Below are positions 7,954 to 19,000 of a stretch of 64,000 nucleotides of DNA, piece by piece; the stretch's first letter is position 1, and each line of letters begins with the position of its first letter. Below the pieces are notes generated by a model. That model was not told the DNA's origin, made no database searches, and saw nothing but the letters and a program-made list of their open reading frames with translations. The translations under genes and the position numbers were made by a program. Location of the stretch: positions 187-64,186 of the IMG/VR virus record IMGVR_UViG_3300048854_000106, one strand, 5' to 3'. The stretch is from a virus. Its lineage: Duplodnaviria > Caudoviricetes.

Positions 7954-8462
7954 TTCTCGCCAAGCGGCACCAGGTCCTTGACGTGCTGATATGCCTCAAG
8001 CCTTGTGACCTGACCATCCTTGTTAAAGTCAAGACCTCGGTTCTGCAAGTAGGCTGTGGGCATCGTCGCCTTGTCGAAGATCACCGAGGCGTCATCCTTA
8101 CCGATCGCAGCCGGCCACAGGATCGACATGTAGACATCGCCGAGGTTGTGTAGTCGTCCTTTGTACGGTGAGAAGTACTTCCAAACATAGTTCAGCTGCT
8201 GCACAGCGGTCATATGGGCGAGCGCGTCGGTAGTCGTGTGCAACTGCCCGGCGGTCGTTGGCATGAACTGAATAAGGCCCGTAGCGCCCGAGCCTGCGGC
8301 GTTCTTCACCGACGGGCTGAACGTCTGCCCCGACTCGAACGCCATGCAGTTCATCTGATCGTCGGCAGGAATGCCGAGGTCCTGTTCGATCCACAGGACC
8401 GACGCCTTGAAATCAGCGCCGACCTTCTTGCCCCATGCGATAGTACGATCTGTCATAATCAT
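7941..8462 (-). CDS. Endolysin, lytic transglycosylase (SLT-like)
   Basis: MAFESG catalytic Glu and GATGLIQFMP motif. Confidence 0.85.
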   Translation of the reverse strand: MIMTDRTIAWGKKVGADFKASVLWIEQDLGIPADDQMNCMAFESGQTFSPSVKNAAGSGATGLIQFMPTTAGQLHTTTDALAHMTAVQQLNYVWKYFSPYKGRLHNLGDVYMSILWPAAIGKDDASVIFDKATMPTAYLQNRGLDFNKDGQVTRLEAYQHVKDLVPLGEKWRG

Positions 8463-8467
8463 TCTCC

Positions 8468-11400
8468 TTAGATTGCTCCGGTCTTCTTTGTCTTAACTTG
8501 TGCGTTACTTGTCCAAGACCCTATTGTAATAGTGGTCAAGACGGTAAAGGTCACGCCATCGTCAGAATAGGAAAGATCGAACGACGTCGGACCGCGCTGT
8601 GAGCTTGTCGCATTCTCACCAGTGATGATAATTTCTCTTGCGTAGATTGGTGCGGCATACTGGAATACCGCTTCGTTGACGTGCCCGGTTACAGCGCTAT
8701 CAAAAGCTACGATCGTATTGATGTTTCCATCATAGAGCTGGTCCGCACCGTCTCCTCCGTAAGTCGCGGTATTTGTGGATGCTATGGGTATCTCATCCGC
8801 GCCGCCTATTGTCTGATGGATGTAAAACTCAGAGAAGCAGCAGTACTGGTTACCATTCGCGGCGTTCAGTCCTGTTCCACTCAATTTCCAATATGGGTGT
8901 GCTGTGGCGGGAATAACGGGTGCGTCAACCAGTGTGAGAATATAGATACAAGGCACGGTTCTAGAGTTACCATCGCCATTCGTCCAGGCACTGCACTGTA
9001 GCACGTCGCCTGCCTGACCGACCACATAGGGGATGCTGAAGACATCATTCGCGCCATCGCCAAGCATCCAGCCGCCGGCCCATGCTCCACCCCAACGACC
9101 ACCTATTGGATTGAATGATTCTCCTGACGTAAGATTGTTAAGCCTGTGCTGGTAATGTCCTGTATCATTCTTAAGGTTGTCGCTGTAGAATGCCCTTGAC
9201 AACACAGCGTTCTTACCAGCGGGGACGGTAAACGTTTCTGTGGCTGATACGGGTGAACCGCTAGTCGTATAAAGAAGATAAGCCAACGCTGCCGAGGAAC
9301 CCACGGTAGCTGTCACGTCAACCGTCGCACCGCCCGCGCCGTAGTTAGTGGAAGATACTTCGGCGATGGCAAGTGCGATCGCGTCATCTATACTGCCACC
9401 ACCACCGCCACCTGAACCTCCGACCTCTACCTGTTCTACCATGAATGCCAAATACGTCCACGTCACACCACTTGCGGCTAAGGCATCGTTGTATAGAAGC
9501 TCAAGCGTATGAGCGCCAGCGGTAATAGGTTCAATAATGAATGCAGATGACGATTGCCACGAGTTTTCATTCTGTGGAATAGTGTAGTAGTTCGTGTCGC
9601 CGGTGTTACCTAAATTAGAGCCATCAAGGTTCACCGATATCCGCTTCTGCCCCGAAGCAACGGTAGCGAGAACGGACCACGAAACTTTAATAAATCCAGC
9701 CTTGGCAGTGAAGTTAATCGACATCCCTGTTATTGGAAGGGCCGATCCTGTGTTAGAAGGCTGTACAACATCGTCGTCACTATAGGCGTAACCCAACAGA
9801 TTACCACCACCTCCGCCGCCTCCGCCACCCGTGATGTCAATGATCGCCTCACCCGATCCGCCGTCCGTAACGGTAACGCCTGATCCGGTAAAGTTCAGCT
9901 TCGAGGCAACCGCAACAACGGACACACCTTCGCTGTCAACTTCGACAGATCCACCACCGCCTCCGCCGCCAGCTTCGGTCGTCAGATAGATCGGCCCGAC
10001 CTCGGGACTTTCACCCGCAGTATTATACGCGGTCAGCCAGTACGTGTATTCTTGCGAAGGAATAAGACCACTGCGGGTAAAGGACGTGAGGTCTGTGGTT
10101 CCCACAGGCACGCCATCGCTGAAGGTCGACGAGTGACCTTCGAACTCATAGACCTTGTATCCTTGATGCATCGCACCCGCAGCTGCAGCAGTCCAGTGCA
10201 TCGCGTTGGACAACGTTCCGCCTGTGCCGGCAAAGGCAGTCGGCGAGTCGGGCTTGCTCGTCGCACTGATCGTCCCGGTGGACACGACAGCAGACTCGAC
10301 CCAATCACTGGGTTGACCGTTGACCGATCCTGACACCGCACGAGTGCGAACCTTGTAGTTGGTTGAAGGCATCGCATTAGAGAACGTTGTCTTGGTCGAC
10401 CCCGCACTGATCGACGGAACGTCCGTCCAGGTCGCACCGCCGTCACTCGTTTCCTGAACGTCGTAGTGATCAAGGTAGGGACCAGCGCTCGGGCCAACAA
10501 CCACAGTGCCCGTGATCGTCGTACCCGTCGGGTCAAGCGCAAAGCTCAACGTCGTAGATGTAGGCGGCGCAATCTCAAACCCAAGCCCTGTGGGAGTGTA
10601 AGTGTAGGTCACGCACTCGGACAAGTCTTCGGTCGCGTTCTGCCAGATATTGAACGACTGGAACTTGAAGTACAGCTCTTGTCCGATATACTCTTCAGGT
10701 AGCTGATACTTGAAGATGCTGTCGTCGAGACGTGCGAACGGCTTACCCACAGCATGAGCACCGTGAGGCGACTGATACAGACCGCGCCACAAAGGCGTAA
10801 GGTCATACTCGTTCGCTGAGGTTAGCGTCGCGTTCTGGAACGATAGGAACTCGCCATCGAGGTAGCATAGCGTGATGCCCGATGCTGCGTCATCCGCGCT
10901 AACGCTCATGAGGTCTGACTGATCGGACATGCTCATGTCCACGCTCAGCGTCGAGGTGTCCGGGTTCGCTGCAGCAAACGCGCTCAATGCAGACGTCGTT
11001 TTACCAAGACGTGCCGGCGAGTCAAGCTCACCGACAGCACTGAAGGTTACGTTGTCCGTCGAGATGTAGACGTAACAGCCACCCCAATAAGGATTAGCAG
11101 TTGTTCCATCACCTCCCGATACAGCAGCCCACACTTGCGGAGTGCCGTTCGATAGATTGGCCGGCACGTCGAAGATCAGCGGCGGATTAACCGGGCCAGG
11201 AGGCGCGCCCGACTGCTGACTGCCGCCTGAGTAGGTCGGCGGTGCAAAGCCGACAAGGTTGCTCGACACGGATGCCTTGACTTCATCGGCCGTGAACTTC
11301 AGGTCGCCATCGTCATCTTCCTCGATGTCGGTCACCTGAACCAAGATCGATCCAAGTTTCTTGTCGATCAGGAGCATCAGGTCCATCGGCTCATATATGA

Positions 11401-12559
11401 TGAACTGGGACGGCAGCGAGAACTGATAGCTGTTGCGGATGTACGCCTGACGCTGACCCATGATCGCGACGATCTTGGTCGCCATGTCAGTACGGGTGAT
11501 GATCTTCGTAGCATCAAACGAAGAAGCGGGCCGCAGCCCGAACTGATCGATCAATCCTTGATCACGCCAGTCCACAGGCGCGGAATTGTAATCGTTGTCT
11601 CTATTAGCCAACGTCAAGGTCAGTTGGTTGTTTGCGTCCGCGGGGTCGCTACGTTCGACTTGAACCGGGTCTTCCTTGTCCGACACAAACCAGCTGTCAT
11701 CCACTGTGACAAGTGCGTTCTGGATCGGACGATACTTATATCCGTTTCCGTCTATGTTCGATAGGTCATAAGGAATAAGCTTGACCGAGTACCCTGTCCA
11801 CACAACCGCGGTGTTCAGCACCTGCGTCCAATTATCAAGAATGTCGGACGCTGCGGTCTGATCCGAAATGATCGGCGAGATCGAGAATGACATCGCCGCG
11901 CAGTAGGTCTCGAACGATGCGTCGCCTGTGGTCGTTCCCGTCTGTGAATAGATCGACGTGTAGTCGAGATAGCTATTATCGAACCCGACGCCAAAGCTCG
12001 AGTACGTCAGGAACTCATCGACCACGACTGCTGGGTTCGCATCATCACTGCCGTCCTTTGCCGTCTTGTACTGACGAGCTAGAACCTCGAATGAGTGGTT
12101 GGGCAGCGAAGCCGACGATCCTAGATCGTAGTTAGCGATTGCAAGATACGCGACACCCGGATAAGTGCGATACTGATCGGGATGCTTTGAGTGAAGATAA
12201 CCCCAACCTGCTTGAGGCATCGTTCCCTTGAACAGTGAGAAACCCATTGCTTGATAGGTCGTGTTACTGTCGTTGTCACGATAGACAGTGCGGACATCAT
12301 GGATGCCGTCGTTGCCGCCGTCGCACAGCGCCATGATAACCGACGCGCTGTAAGTGTAGGTCGTTGCCGATCCGCCACCTTTACCAGCTTTCTGTTTCTT
12401 CTTGTGCGACTTGAAGTCACCATACCAGATCAGGTTAGGCGCAACGCGATTGGCACCCCACATAATGTAGAGTGCCTGCGTCGAGGACGCCGTCTGCATC
12501 TGAAGCCCGGTGTACTGTGGCTTGACCTTTTTGCCGCCACCACCAAAGAAGAAACTCAT
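8468..12559 (-). CDS. Central tail fibre/host-specificity protein with FN3-like and C-terminal carbohydrate-binding modules
   Basis: 1363 aa; GTA-type tail-tip N-terminus, FN3-like repeats, poly-Gly linkers, discoidin-like C-terminus (LSYSDDGVTFT). Confidence 0.8.
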   Translation of the reverse strand: MSFFFGGGGKKVKPQYTGLQMQTASSTQALYIMWGANRVAPNLIWYGDFKSHKKKQKAGKGGGSATTYTYSASVIMALCDGGNDGIHDVRTVYRDNDSNTTYQAMGFSLFKGTMPQAGWGYLHSKHPDQYRTYPGVAYLAIANYDLGSSASLPNHSFEVLARQYKTAKDGSDDANPAVVVDEFLTYSSFGVGFDNSYLDYTSIYSQTGTTTGDASFETYCAAMSFSISPIISDQTAASDILDNWTQVLNTAVVWTGYSVKLIPYDLSNIDGNGYKYRPIQNALVTVDDSWFVSDKEDPVQVERSDPADANNQLTLTLANRDNDYNSAPVDWRDQGLIDQFGLRPASSFDATKIITRTDMATKIVAIMGQRQAYIRNSYQFSLPSQFIIYEPMDLMLLIDKKLGSILVQVTDIEEDDDGDLKFTADEVKASVSSNLVGFAPPTYSGGSQQSGAPPGPVNPPLIFDVPANLSNGTPQVWAAVSGGDGTTANPYWGGCYVYISTDNVTFSAVGELDSPARLGKTTSALSAFAAANPDTSTLSVDMSMSDQSDLMSVSADDAASGITLCYLDGEFLSFQNATLTSANEYDLTPLWRGLYQSPHGAHAVGKPFARLDDSIFKYQLPEEYIGQELYFKFQSFNIWQNATEDLSECVTYTYTPTGLGFEIAPPTSTTLSFALDPTGTTITGTVVVGPSAGPYLDHYDVQETSDGGATWTDVPSISAGSTKTTFSNAMPSTNYKVRTRAVSGSVNGQPSDWVESAVVSTGTISATSKPDSPTAFAGTGGTLSNAMHWTAAAAGAMHQGYKVYEFEGHSSTFSDGVPVGTTDLTSFTRSGLIPSQEYTYWLTAYNTAGESPEVGPIYLTTEAGGGGGGGSVEVDSEGVSVVAVASKLNFTGSGVTVTDGGSGEAIIDITGGGGGGGGGNLLGYAYSDDDVVQPSNTGSALPITGMSINFTAKAGFIKVSWSVLATVASGQKRISVNLDGSNLGNTGDTNYYTIPQNENSWQSSSAFIIEPITAGAHTLELLYNDALAASGVTWTYLAFMVEQVEVGGSGGGGGGSIDDAIALAIAEVSSTNYGAGGATVDVTATVGSSAALAYLLYTTSGSPVSATETFTVPAGKNAVLSRAFYSDNLKNDTGHYQHRLNNLTSGESFNPIGGRWGGAWAGGWMLGDGANDVFSIPYVVGQAGDVLQCSAWTNGDGNSRTVPCIYILTLVDAPVIPATAHPYWKLSGTGLNAANGNQYCCFSEFYIHQTIGGADEIPIASTNTATYGGDGADQLYDGNINTIVAFDSAVTGHVNEAVFQYAAPIYAREIIITGENATSSQRGPTSFDLSYSDDGVTFTVLTTITIGSWTSNAQVKTKKTGAI

Positions 12560-13032
12560 TGCGTGTACCCCTCGAACGTATAGACTCGCGCAGGCCTAGC
12601 GGACATCGGCGTATTGCGGATGTCGACTTCCTCGACGATACCGGCTGGCAGGTATGAGTGGATCATGAAAGGCCATTGCGTTATGATACCACCGTGACTG
12701 AACGTGCGACCGACGCGAAACACTATAACTTCGCCGGCTGGGAGCGCGTAGGACGCGTCGGCGATCAATCGCGCATCGATGCTGCGCTCGGTTGTGTCAG
12801 CACGCCTCAGGACTTTCTCGACAGTGGCAATATACTTGTCATCGTCTCGATGCAAATGCCAGTCATGCGTATAGAAGTCAGGTGCTGGCGAAGAGCTGAT
12901 CGCACCCGCTTCCTCGAACGCCGCTACGATAAGCTGACCGCAGTCTACGCCAGCGCCTTTGACGCGTGCCATGTGATGGTATGGAGTACCGAGCCAGCTG
13001 CGTGCGGCTTCGATGACATCATCCTGCAGCAT
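12556..13032 (-). CDS. NlpC/P60 tail-associated peptidase
   Basis: ARSWLGTPYHH, GVDCGQL and FSHGGI motifs; GTA-like gene order. Confidence 0.9.
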   Translation of the reverse strand: MLQDDVIEAARSWLGTPYHHMARVKGAGVDCGQLIVAAFEEAGAISSSPAPDFYTHDWHLHRDDDKYIATVEKVLRRADTTERSIDARLIADASYALPAGEVIVFRVGRTFSHGGIITQWPFMIHSYLPAGIVEEVDIRNTPMSARPARVYTFEGYTQ

Positions 13033-13925
13033 TAGTATGCGGTCTCCGACTTCGGCACGAACTCGAAAGCCTGGCGCCTTGCGTTATTGTTGAAGCGGGT
13101 GCATCGATCTTCGGTTCGATCGCAGCCAGGGTAGATCGTGAAGTTCGATCCCGCAGCGGGTTCAAAGTCGAGCGGGTTGACTAGCTGAATGGTCGTGCCA
13201 ACGATCTGCTTGATCGTGCGGATTTGCGTCACTGCTTCGGCGTCAACAATATGGATCACGCCGAGCTTGAAGTCATCAGTCACCGCAGACCACTCAAGGG
13301 TGTCAAACGTCGAACCCGCATCGAGTACGCTATTGACTGCAAAGGCTGCGCGATCGAGTCCACAGTCAGGATCGAACACGGTCCACTGACACGAACCGCC
13401 GAAGATCTTGCGCGGCATATCGATGTCGGCGAGGACAAGCTCGGACTTGACTTTGATCTGCGCACTTGACCTTCCCACAGCTGATGCGGTGCTGATCTTG
13501 CCGACGAACAAGGGAAAGCCGCCGACCCAAGGAGTGTTCGATCCTTGACGGATATAGCGATCACGTCGAATGGTCGAACCGTCTAGACGTCCGCGGATGA
13601 TCGATGCGCCCATAGGTTGACCGAGATAGTTGACCGTCTCGTCCCAATCCCACTGCATCGTCTGCTCATCGACTGTCACGCCGACGCTGACCTTGCTCTG
13701 AATACCAGAAACCTTCACGCCTTTCGACGTGAAGACCTGAGTGACCGTGCTTGTGGGATCGGTGAGCGGTACGACTTCCATGTCTCGTTGAACGGTGGAA
13801 TACCGCAGAACAGTCCCATCCTTTGAGATGATCGTGTAACAGTCGGCATAGGCGTATGCTCGAGACATCAAGATACTGAGCATGTTTTCCCGGGTAAATC
13901 CGGGCATCGGGTATAGCGGACGCAT
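13032..13925 (-). CDS. Baseplate hub protein (DUF2163/BR0599 type)
   Basis: GSCQWTVFDPDCG and IYPGCDRTEDRCTRFNN cysteine motifs; GTA-like order. Confidence 0.85.
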   Translation of the reverse strand: MRPLYPMPGFTRENMLSILMSRAYAYADCYTIISKDGTVLRYSTVQRDMEVVPLTDPTSTVTQVFTSKGVKVSGIQSKVSVGVTVDEQTMQWDWDETVNYLGQPMGASIIRGRLDGSTIRRDRYIRQGSNTPWVGGFPLFVGKISTASAVGRSSAQIKVKSELVLADIDMPRKIFGGSCQWTVFDPDCGLDRAAFAVNSVLDAGSTFDTLEWSAVTDDFKLGVIHIVDAEAVTQIRTIKQIVGTTIQLVNPLDFEPAAGSNFTIYPGCDRTEDRCTRFNNNARRQAFEFVPKSETAY

Positions 13926-14971
13926 TATAGAGTACTCCTCAACGAGATCGCTTGCAGCTCCCAGAGGCGGTCCATGAACTGATCGAAGTCAGCCTGATCG
14001 TCCATGAACCGAACCGTGAAGTAGAACGAATACGTCCCCGTTACCACAGCACCCGCGGGAGGAGCCACTGCGAGTACCAGGGTGTTTGGCATACTAATGC
14101 TATACTCGGCAGGGGTCAACAAATCAGATTGATAGTGAATGGTCATAGCTTGGCCATCACGAGCGACGTTGAAGCCGAGTGTTGCAGTACCTGCATTGAA
14201 GGTATACTGGTTGGCGGTGGGTGCTGCGTCGACTTTCACCATAGTTATGCCGTCGCCGGATACCACAGACGCGATCGCTGCGTCATGCGGATAAGCCAGG
14301 GTGATCGCTTCAGCGTTGACGTTCTTTGTCTCCGTCAGCTCGATGAAGAACTGTGCGGTCGTCGGCTCGATCTGACCGATCGGCGTGCGGGCGTGATTGA
14401 ACAGAGTCACCAATGGCGCTTCGACCGTGTTGCCGTCGCCGGTCAGCAGAAGGATATCCGACACGCTATTGCAATCGGGCATGGTGAAAAGGAAGTTATC
14501 GAACGAGCCCTTGCGATCGAGGAAGAAGCCTACGATTTTCTCGAGGTCGGTGACGCCCACTTCTTTCTTGTTCGGTAGATAGTCATAGATCAGATCGAAG
14601 TCCCAGACAGGATCGTCCCAGAACATCGTCCGAGTTTCTTTACCGCTCGTATGAACTGCAACCTTCGTCGAGAACGAAGGCTTCATATGGATTTCCCAGC
14701 TCAGGCCGGGAAGCGCGGGGAAGATCTCGGTGCTCATGGTTGGCTCCACAGTTCGGATGGCGTATTGGGTAATGATGATCGGACAACGAAACTCAGGAAG
14801 GCGAAGCTGAAACTCCGCGTCCTGAGCATGGATAACAGACGAACGTAGGTTTGGCGGCGGGTCTTGAAACTTCGCTTGCTGCAGGTGGAACACCGATGAC
14901 CGGATGTTGGTAACCGGCGGAAATGCTCCGTAGCTCAGTGTGAGCGATGATACCTTTAAGCTCGGCATCAC
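13925..14971 (-). CDS. Distal tail protein (DUF2460 type)
   Basis: FPALPGL...KPSFST...SGKETR, FFLDRKG.FDNFLF, VRFMDD motifs; the core may start at ATG 14737. Confidence 0.8.
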   Translation of the reverse strand: MMPSLKVSSLTLSYGAFPPVTNIRSSVFHLQQAKFQDPPPNLRSSVIHAQDAEFQLRLPEFRCPIIITQYAIRTVEPTMSTEIFPALPGLSWEIHMKPSFSTKVAVHTSGKETRTMFWDDPVWDFDLIYDYLPNKKEVGVTDLEKIVGFFLDRKGSFDNFLFTMPDCNSVSDILLLTGDGNTVEAPLVTLFNHARTPIGQIEPTTAQFFIELTETKNVNAEAITLAYPHDAAIASVVSGDGITMVKVDAAPTANQYTFNAGTATLGFNVARDGQAMTIHYQSDLLTPAEYSISMPNTLVLAVAPPAGAVVTGTYSFYFTVRFMDDQADFDQFMDRLWELQAISLRSTL

Positions 14972-16011
14972 TCACTCCGAGCAAGCAGCGGACCCATCTG
15001 AAGGTTCTCATTCAGATCGGACTCTGTCCATGCAACGTTAGTATGGGGGTTCAAATCCCAGTAGTCGTTCTGCGCACGATAGTTCAAGCTGTTCAGGCCG
15101 CGTTCCATACCGTCGTAGTTTACGCCGCTGACGTTGAGTCGGTTCTTTGCCCATAGCTGTACGCCATCGTCCTGAGTGTAGAAACCCTTGACGCCGACGG
15201 CGAAGATCTGTCGAGCTGCGACCGAAGGCGCAGGATGATACAAGTCGTACTCACCGACTGTGGGAGTGAAGTTATAGACGGTGTTGTTGAGCGAGACGTT
15301 AATTGCTGCCTGCCAATTCTGATCAGTACTCGGCTCAGGCGTCAAGCCAATGTGATCGCCGTTCGAGACAGCGAGCTGAGGTAGAACGCGAACGTTACCC
15401 CAATAGTCGATGCCATCTACACCGCCATCAAGAATGTAGACGTCATCGGTATCGATCAGCGACTGGTTGCCGCCGAAGGCGTTGCTGAAGAACTGCATTG
15501 AGTCGAAGGTAGTCATCGGACCGGGATTGTCATCCGAGAAGATGATGTCACCATTCAACAGTACCTCGAACTTATCCTCGAGACACTTAACCGACATGTA
15601 GAACCAGGTGTTCTGTAACACAGCATAGGTTACCGAAGTGTAGGTCTTGTTCGGTGTGGTCGCCGTGACAATGCCGAACTGGCTGAACGAGATAAGAACG
15701 GGCTGATGTCCTAAAGCGGCATCATAAAGGCCAAGGCCACAAGACAAGCCATTCCTATCGATCTTCATTCTACCGCGAAAGCCGAAGATGGCACCGTGTG
15801 AGTATTGCTTACCCACAGTACGATACGCCGAACCCGAGCCGACGCCACCGAGATCGCCGTACCTCATCGCCAATCCACCGAACGCGCCTGGGATCAGCGT
15901 CATGGCCAGTGAACCCACCCAACCGTCCGCAGTGATGAACCCGTTAAAGTTCGTCGTGCCCGCGAGGTAGTCCCAACCTTCGAGAAGGATTGTCGAACCG
16001 GGAACCGTCAT
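14968..16011 (-). CDS. Virion structural protein (beta-sandwich/lectin-like)
   Basis: 347-aa beta-rich ORF coupled between tape measure and distal tail genes. Confidence 0.55.
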   Translation of the reverse strand: MTVPGSTILLEGWDYLAGTTNFNGFITADGWVGSLAMTLIPGAFGGLAMRYGDLGGVGSGSAYRTVGKQYSHGAIFGFRGRMKIDRNGLSCGLGLYDAALGHQPVLISFSQFGIVTATTPNKTYTSVTYAVLQNTWFYMSVKCLEDKFEVLLNGDIIFSDDNPGPMTTFDSMQFFSNAFGGNQSLIDTDDVYILDGGVDGIDYWGNVRVLPQLAVSNGDHIGLTPEPSTDQNWQAAINVSLNNTVYNFTPTVGEYDLYHPAPSVAARQIFAVGVKGFYTQDDGVQLWAKNRLNVSGVNYDGMERGLNSLNYRAQNDYWDLNPHTNVAWTESDLNENLQMGPLLARSE

Positions 16012-19000
16012 TTCTTCGTCACTCCTGCGAGGGCACCGTTACGAACCTGAGTCTTGAACCACTTACGCAACGTGCCGCCGTCTTTGCGAAGGAGCTCGTC
16101 AAACCCAGCTCCCATGTTCGTGTGGTTCGGCTGATAGTTGAAAGTTGCCGATCCGCCGCCGTTGCCATGCGTTGCTGCACGAGCATCAGCTCCTGACATC
16201 GCTGCACCGCCGATCAGGTTCGCGCTGCCCGGGACCGATGCACCACGTAAGCTGTCACGTAGAGGCTGCGCGATCCAAGCCGGAAGGATCATCTCCTTCT
16301 TGTGGACCATTGCCAGCTGATCGCCGGGCACTTCACCCATACCGCCCTTCGCCGAGATAAGCGTCGCAAATCCCATGACAGCAGCGAGCGCTAGGGCAGC
16401 AGCCACAGGCGCAGCAACCGGTCCGATGAAGGGAATGACGACGGTCGACGAGTACGCACCTGCTGCCGACGTTGCAGCGCGTTGTCCCAGCTCTGCCGTT
16501 GCACCCGCTGCACCGACTGCGGTCTGTGTCGTCGTTGCCGCAGCTTTCGTCGTTGTCTGCGCTGCGTCACTGGCTGCCGACGCTGCGGTCATCGCTGCCT
16601 CGTTTCCTGCGTGCGTCGCGACCTTCGTTGCGCCGAGTGCAGTGTCTGATGCCACAGCTCCAGCGTTGGCTGCCTTGCGCAGATTGATATGCAGCAACGA
16701 CGCGGCGGTCTTTGCCGTTTCAGTCGCTAGCCAATTCGACAGCATCTTGAACCCGGCCTCGACGTAAGAGTAGACGAGGTTATCAGCAAGCGAGATCATG
16801 TCCGACCCGAACTTGTGCTGATGCGTCCAGATATCTTGGAACGCGGTGTTCATCGAGTTGGTGATGCTGTCTGCACCGATCGCGGTCACGCCGCGGATAT
16901 TGTTCCACAGCTCAACCTGGTATCCGGCGCGTGTCTTGGCCAGCGTTGCCTCACGCTCGGCAATAGCGTCGTCATGTCCGAGCGTCAAGACTTGGATTTG
17001 ATCTTCTATCGCAGCTGCCTGCTTCGCATACTGATCACCGAATGCCTTGTACGCCTCAAGCTGCTTATTGAGCGACTCGAGTTGAAGGTGATAGATCGTG
17101 TCCTGTGTATCAGCTTCGATCTGAAGCTTCATTTCAGCAAGCTTCTGCGTCGCAGCGATTGCCTGCAACGGACTGATCGTTCCCTCGGTTTTCTGCTGAT
17201 CGACACTTGTCTGCGCAATGTCGACTCCAGTCTCTTGCTGGTTTTTTAGCGACTCGGCGTGGTTCTGCTGATCCTTTAGGGTTGCCTGGTAGTGTGCCTG
17301 GTCAATCTCGAGCAGTATTTGATCATGCTTCTGTTGCATCTTCTCGAGTTCGCGCTGTGCATCGATGACCTGCTTTGACTGCTCGCCGTAGAATGCGGTA
17401 AGCGACGCGATCTTCTTATTTTGCCATTCAACTTGGATCGCGAACGATTGCTGGTTATTCTGGATTTGATAGGTGTCTTCAGCAACCGCAGAATTGATTG
17501 CGTCCTGTGCTTCCTTCTTTGCTTCGGCTGCAGCCTCGCGTGCTTCCTTCCGCGCCTCGGCGTCAGCTTTCGCCGCAGCCTGCTTTGCTGCGCGTGCGTC
17601 GTCGACCGCCTTGACCATCGGACCGACAGACTTGGTGTAAGCCGCATTCGCCGTTGCGAGGTCAACGCCAGCAGCCTCAGATTTCTTCAACTCCATCGTC
17701 GCCTTGGCTGTGGTCATCTGCAGCTTTGCTTCTGCAATCTCCACAGGGTCGGTTGCGACGGACAGTTTCGCCATCGCCTGATAGTAACCATCGCCCAACT
17801 GCTCGGCGTCGGTCTTGACACCAATCAGTTTCTTCTGCAAATCGGTCAGAGGCTTACCAGCAACCTGTGCAGCAATTGCCTGCGTCTTGCGAAGCGTTGT
17901 ATCGAGGTCGATGTAGCTGTCTTCTTTACCCTTCGACCTTTCACTCAAGGTCTTGAGCAGGTCATCGTTTAGCTGTCGAACTTGCGGGTTTGTCTTCGCC
18001 ATGTTGTTAATGGCGCCGGTAAACTGATTAAGTCCAATCGTTCCCGCAGCAAACAGTGAGTTCAGCTTTTCGATCTTGGCTGCAGTTGTCGGGTCAGTGA
18101 TCTGTGCAGGAACGTTGTATCCCGTTCCCATACCGGTCGAGACGTATTGACCTTGCGTGGCTGCCTGCGCCATGTTCCGAGCGGTTGCACCACCCTTGTC
18201 AACTTTCTTCTGAAGGTCGCCAGCAGCCTGGTCCGCGTTCTTCGCCAAAGCACGAAGCTGTAGCGCGGTTGTCTGCGCATTGATCGACCCGGTAGTTGAG
18301 TCCACAGCTGTCTTGAAGTCGTTCTCCGCCGCCTTCGCTTCTTCGAGTGCGTCGCGCACGTCAAACAGCTTGGGAATAAGCATCCCGAGCACGAGTGCAG
18401 CGCCAAGGATTGCGGCGCCCCATGGTCCTGCCATGAACGAAGCGACCTCGCCTACAACGCCGCCGTAGTTCGACATCGCCGCCGCAGTCTGTCCGCCCTG
18501 CTGTGCAAGAATGACCAGCGGATTGATACCGGACGCGAGGGATGCGGTGACATCCTGTGCCTGATAACCCAGATTGATGTAAGCCTGGTTCATACGACCA
18601 AGCCCACGGGTATTGATGTCAGCCTGTGCCTGCGCAAGCTTTTGGATCTGCGTCCATTCACCCGTCTGCAGTTTGTTCTGCATCAGGAGTGCGGTGGCCG
18701 CCTGCATTGTCGAGTTGTAACGAGCCTGTGATGCGTAAGCGGGATCGATCGCGCCACGCAACTGGATGACAGCGTTATCGAGCTCACGCTCTGCGGCTGC
18801 CTGTTTCCTTGCAGCGTCAGCAGCGTCGTTGCTTGCCTTCAGTGAGGATGATGCAGCTTCACGCTTTGCAATGCCCGCCTGCTGTGCTGCGGCAGCGGCT
18901 TCCTTCGATGCAGCAACAGACTCAGCAGCTGCCGACTTGTCTGTGGCGACTGCGTCATTCGCCGCGGCCTTCGATGCGTTGGCTGCCTCGACTGCGGCGT

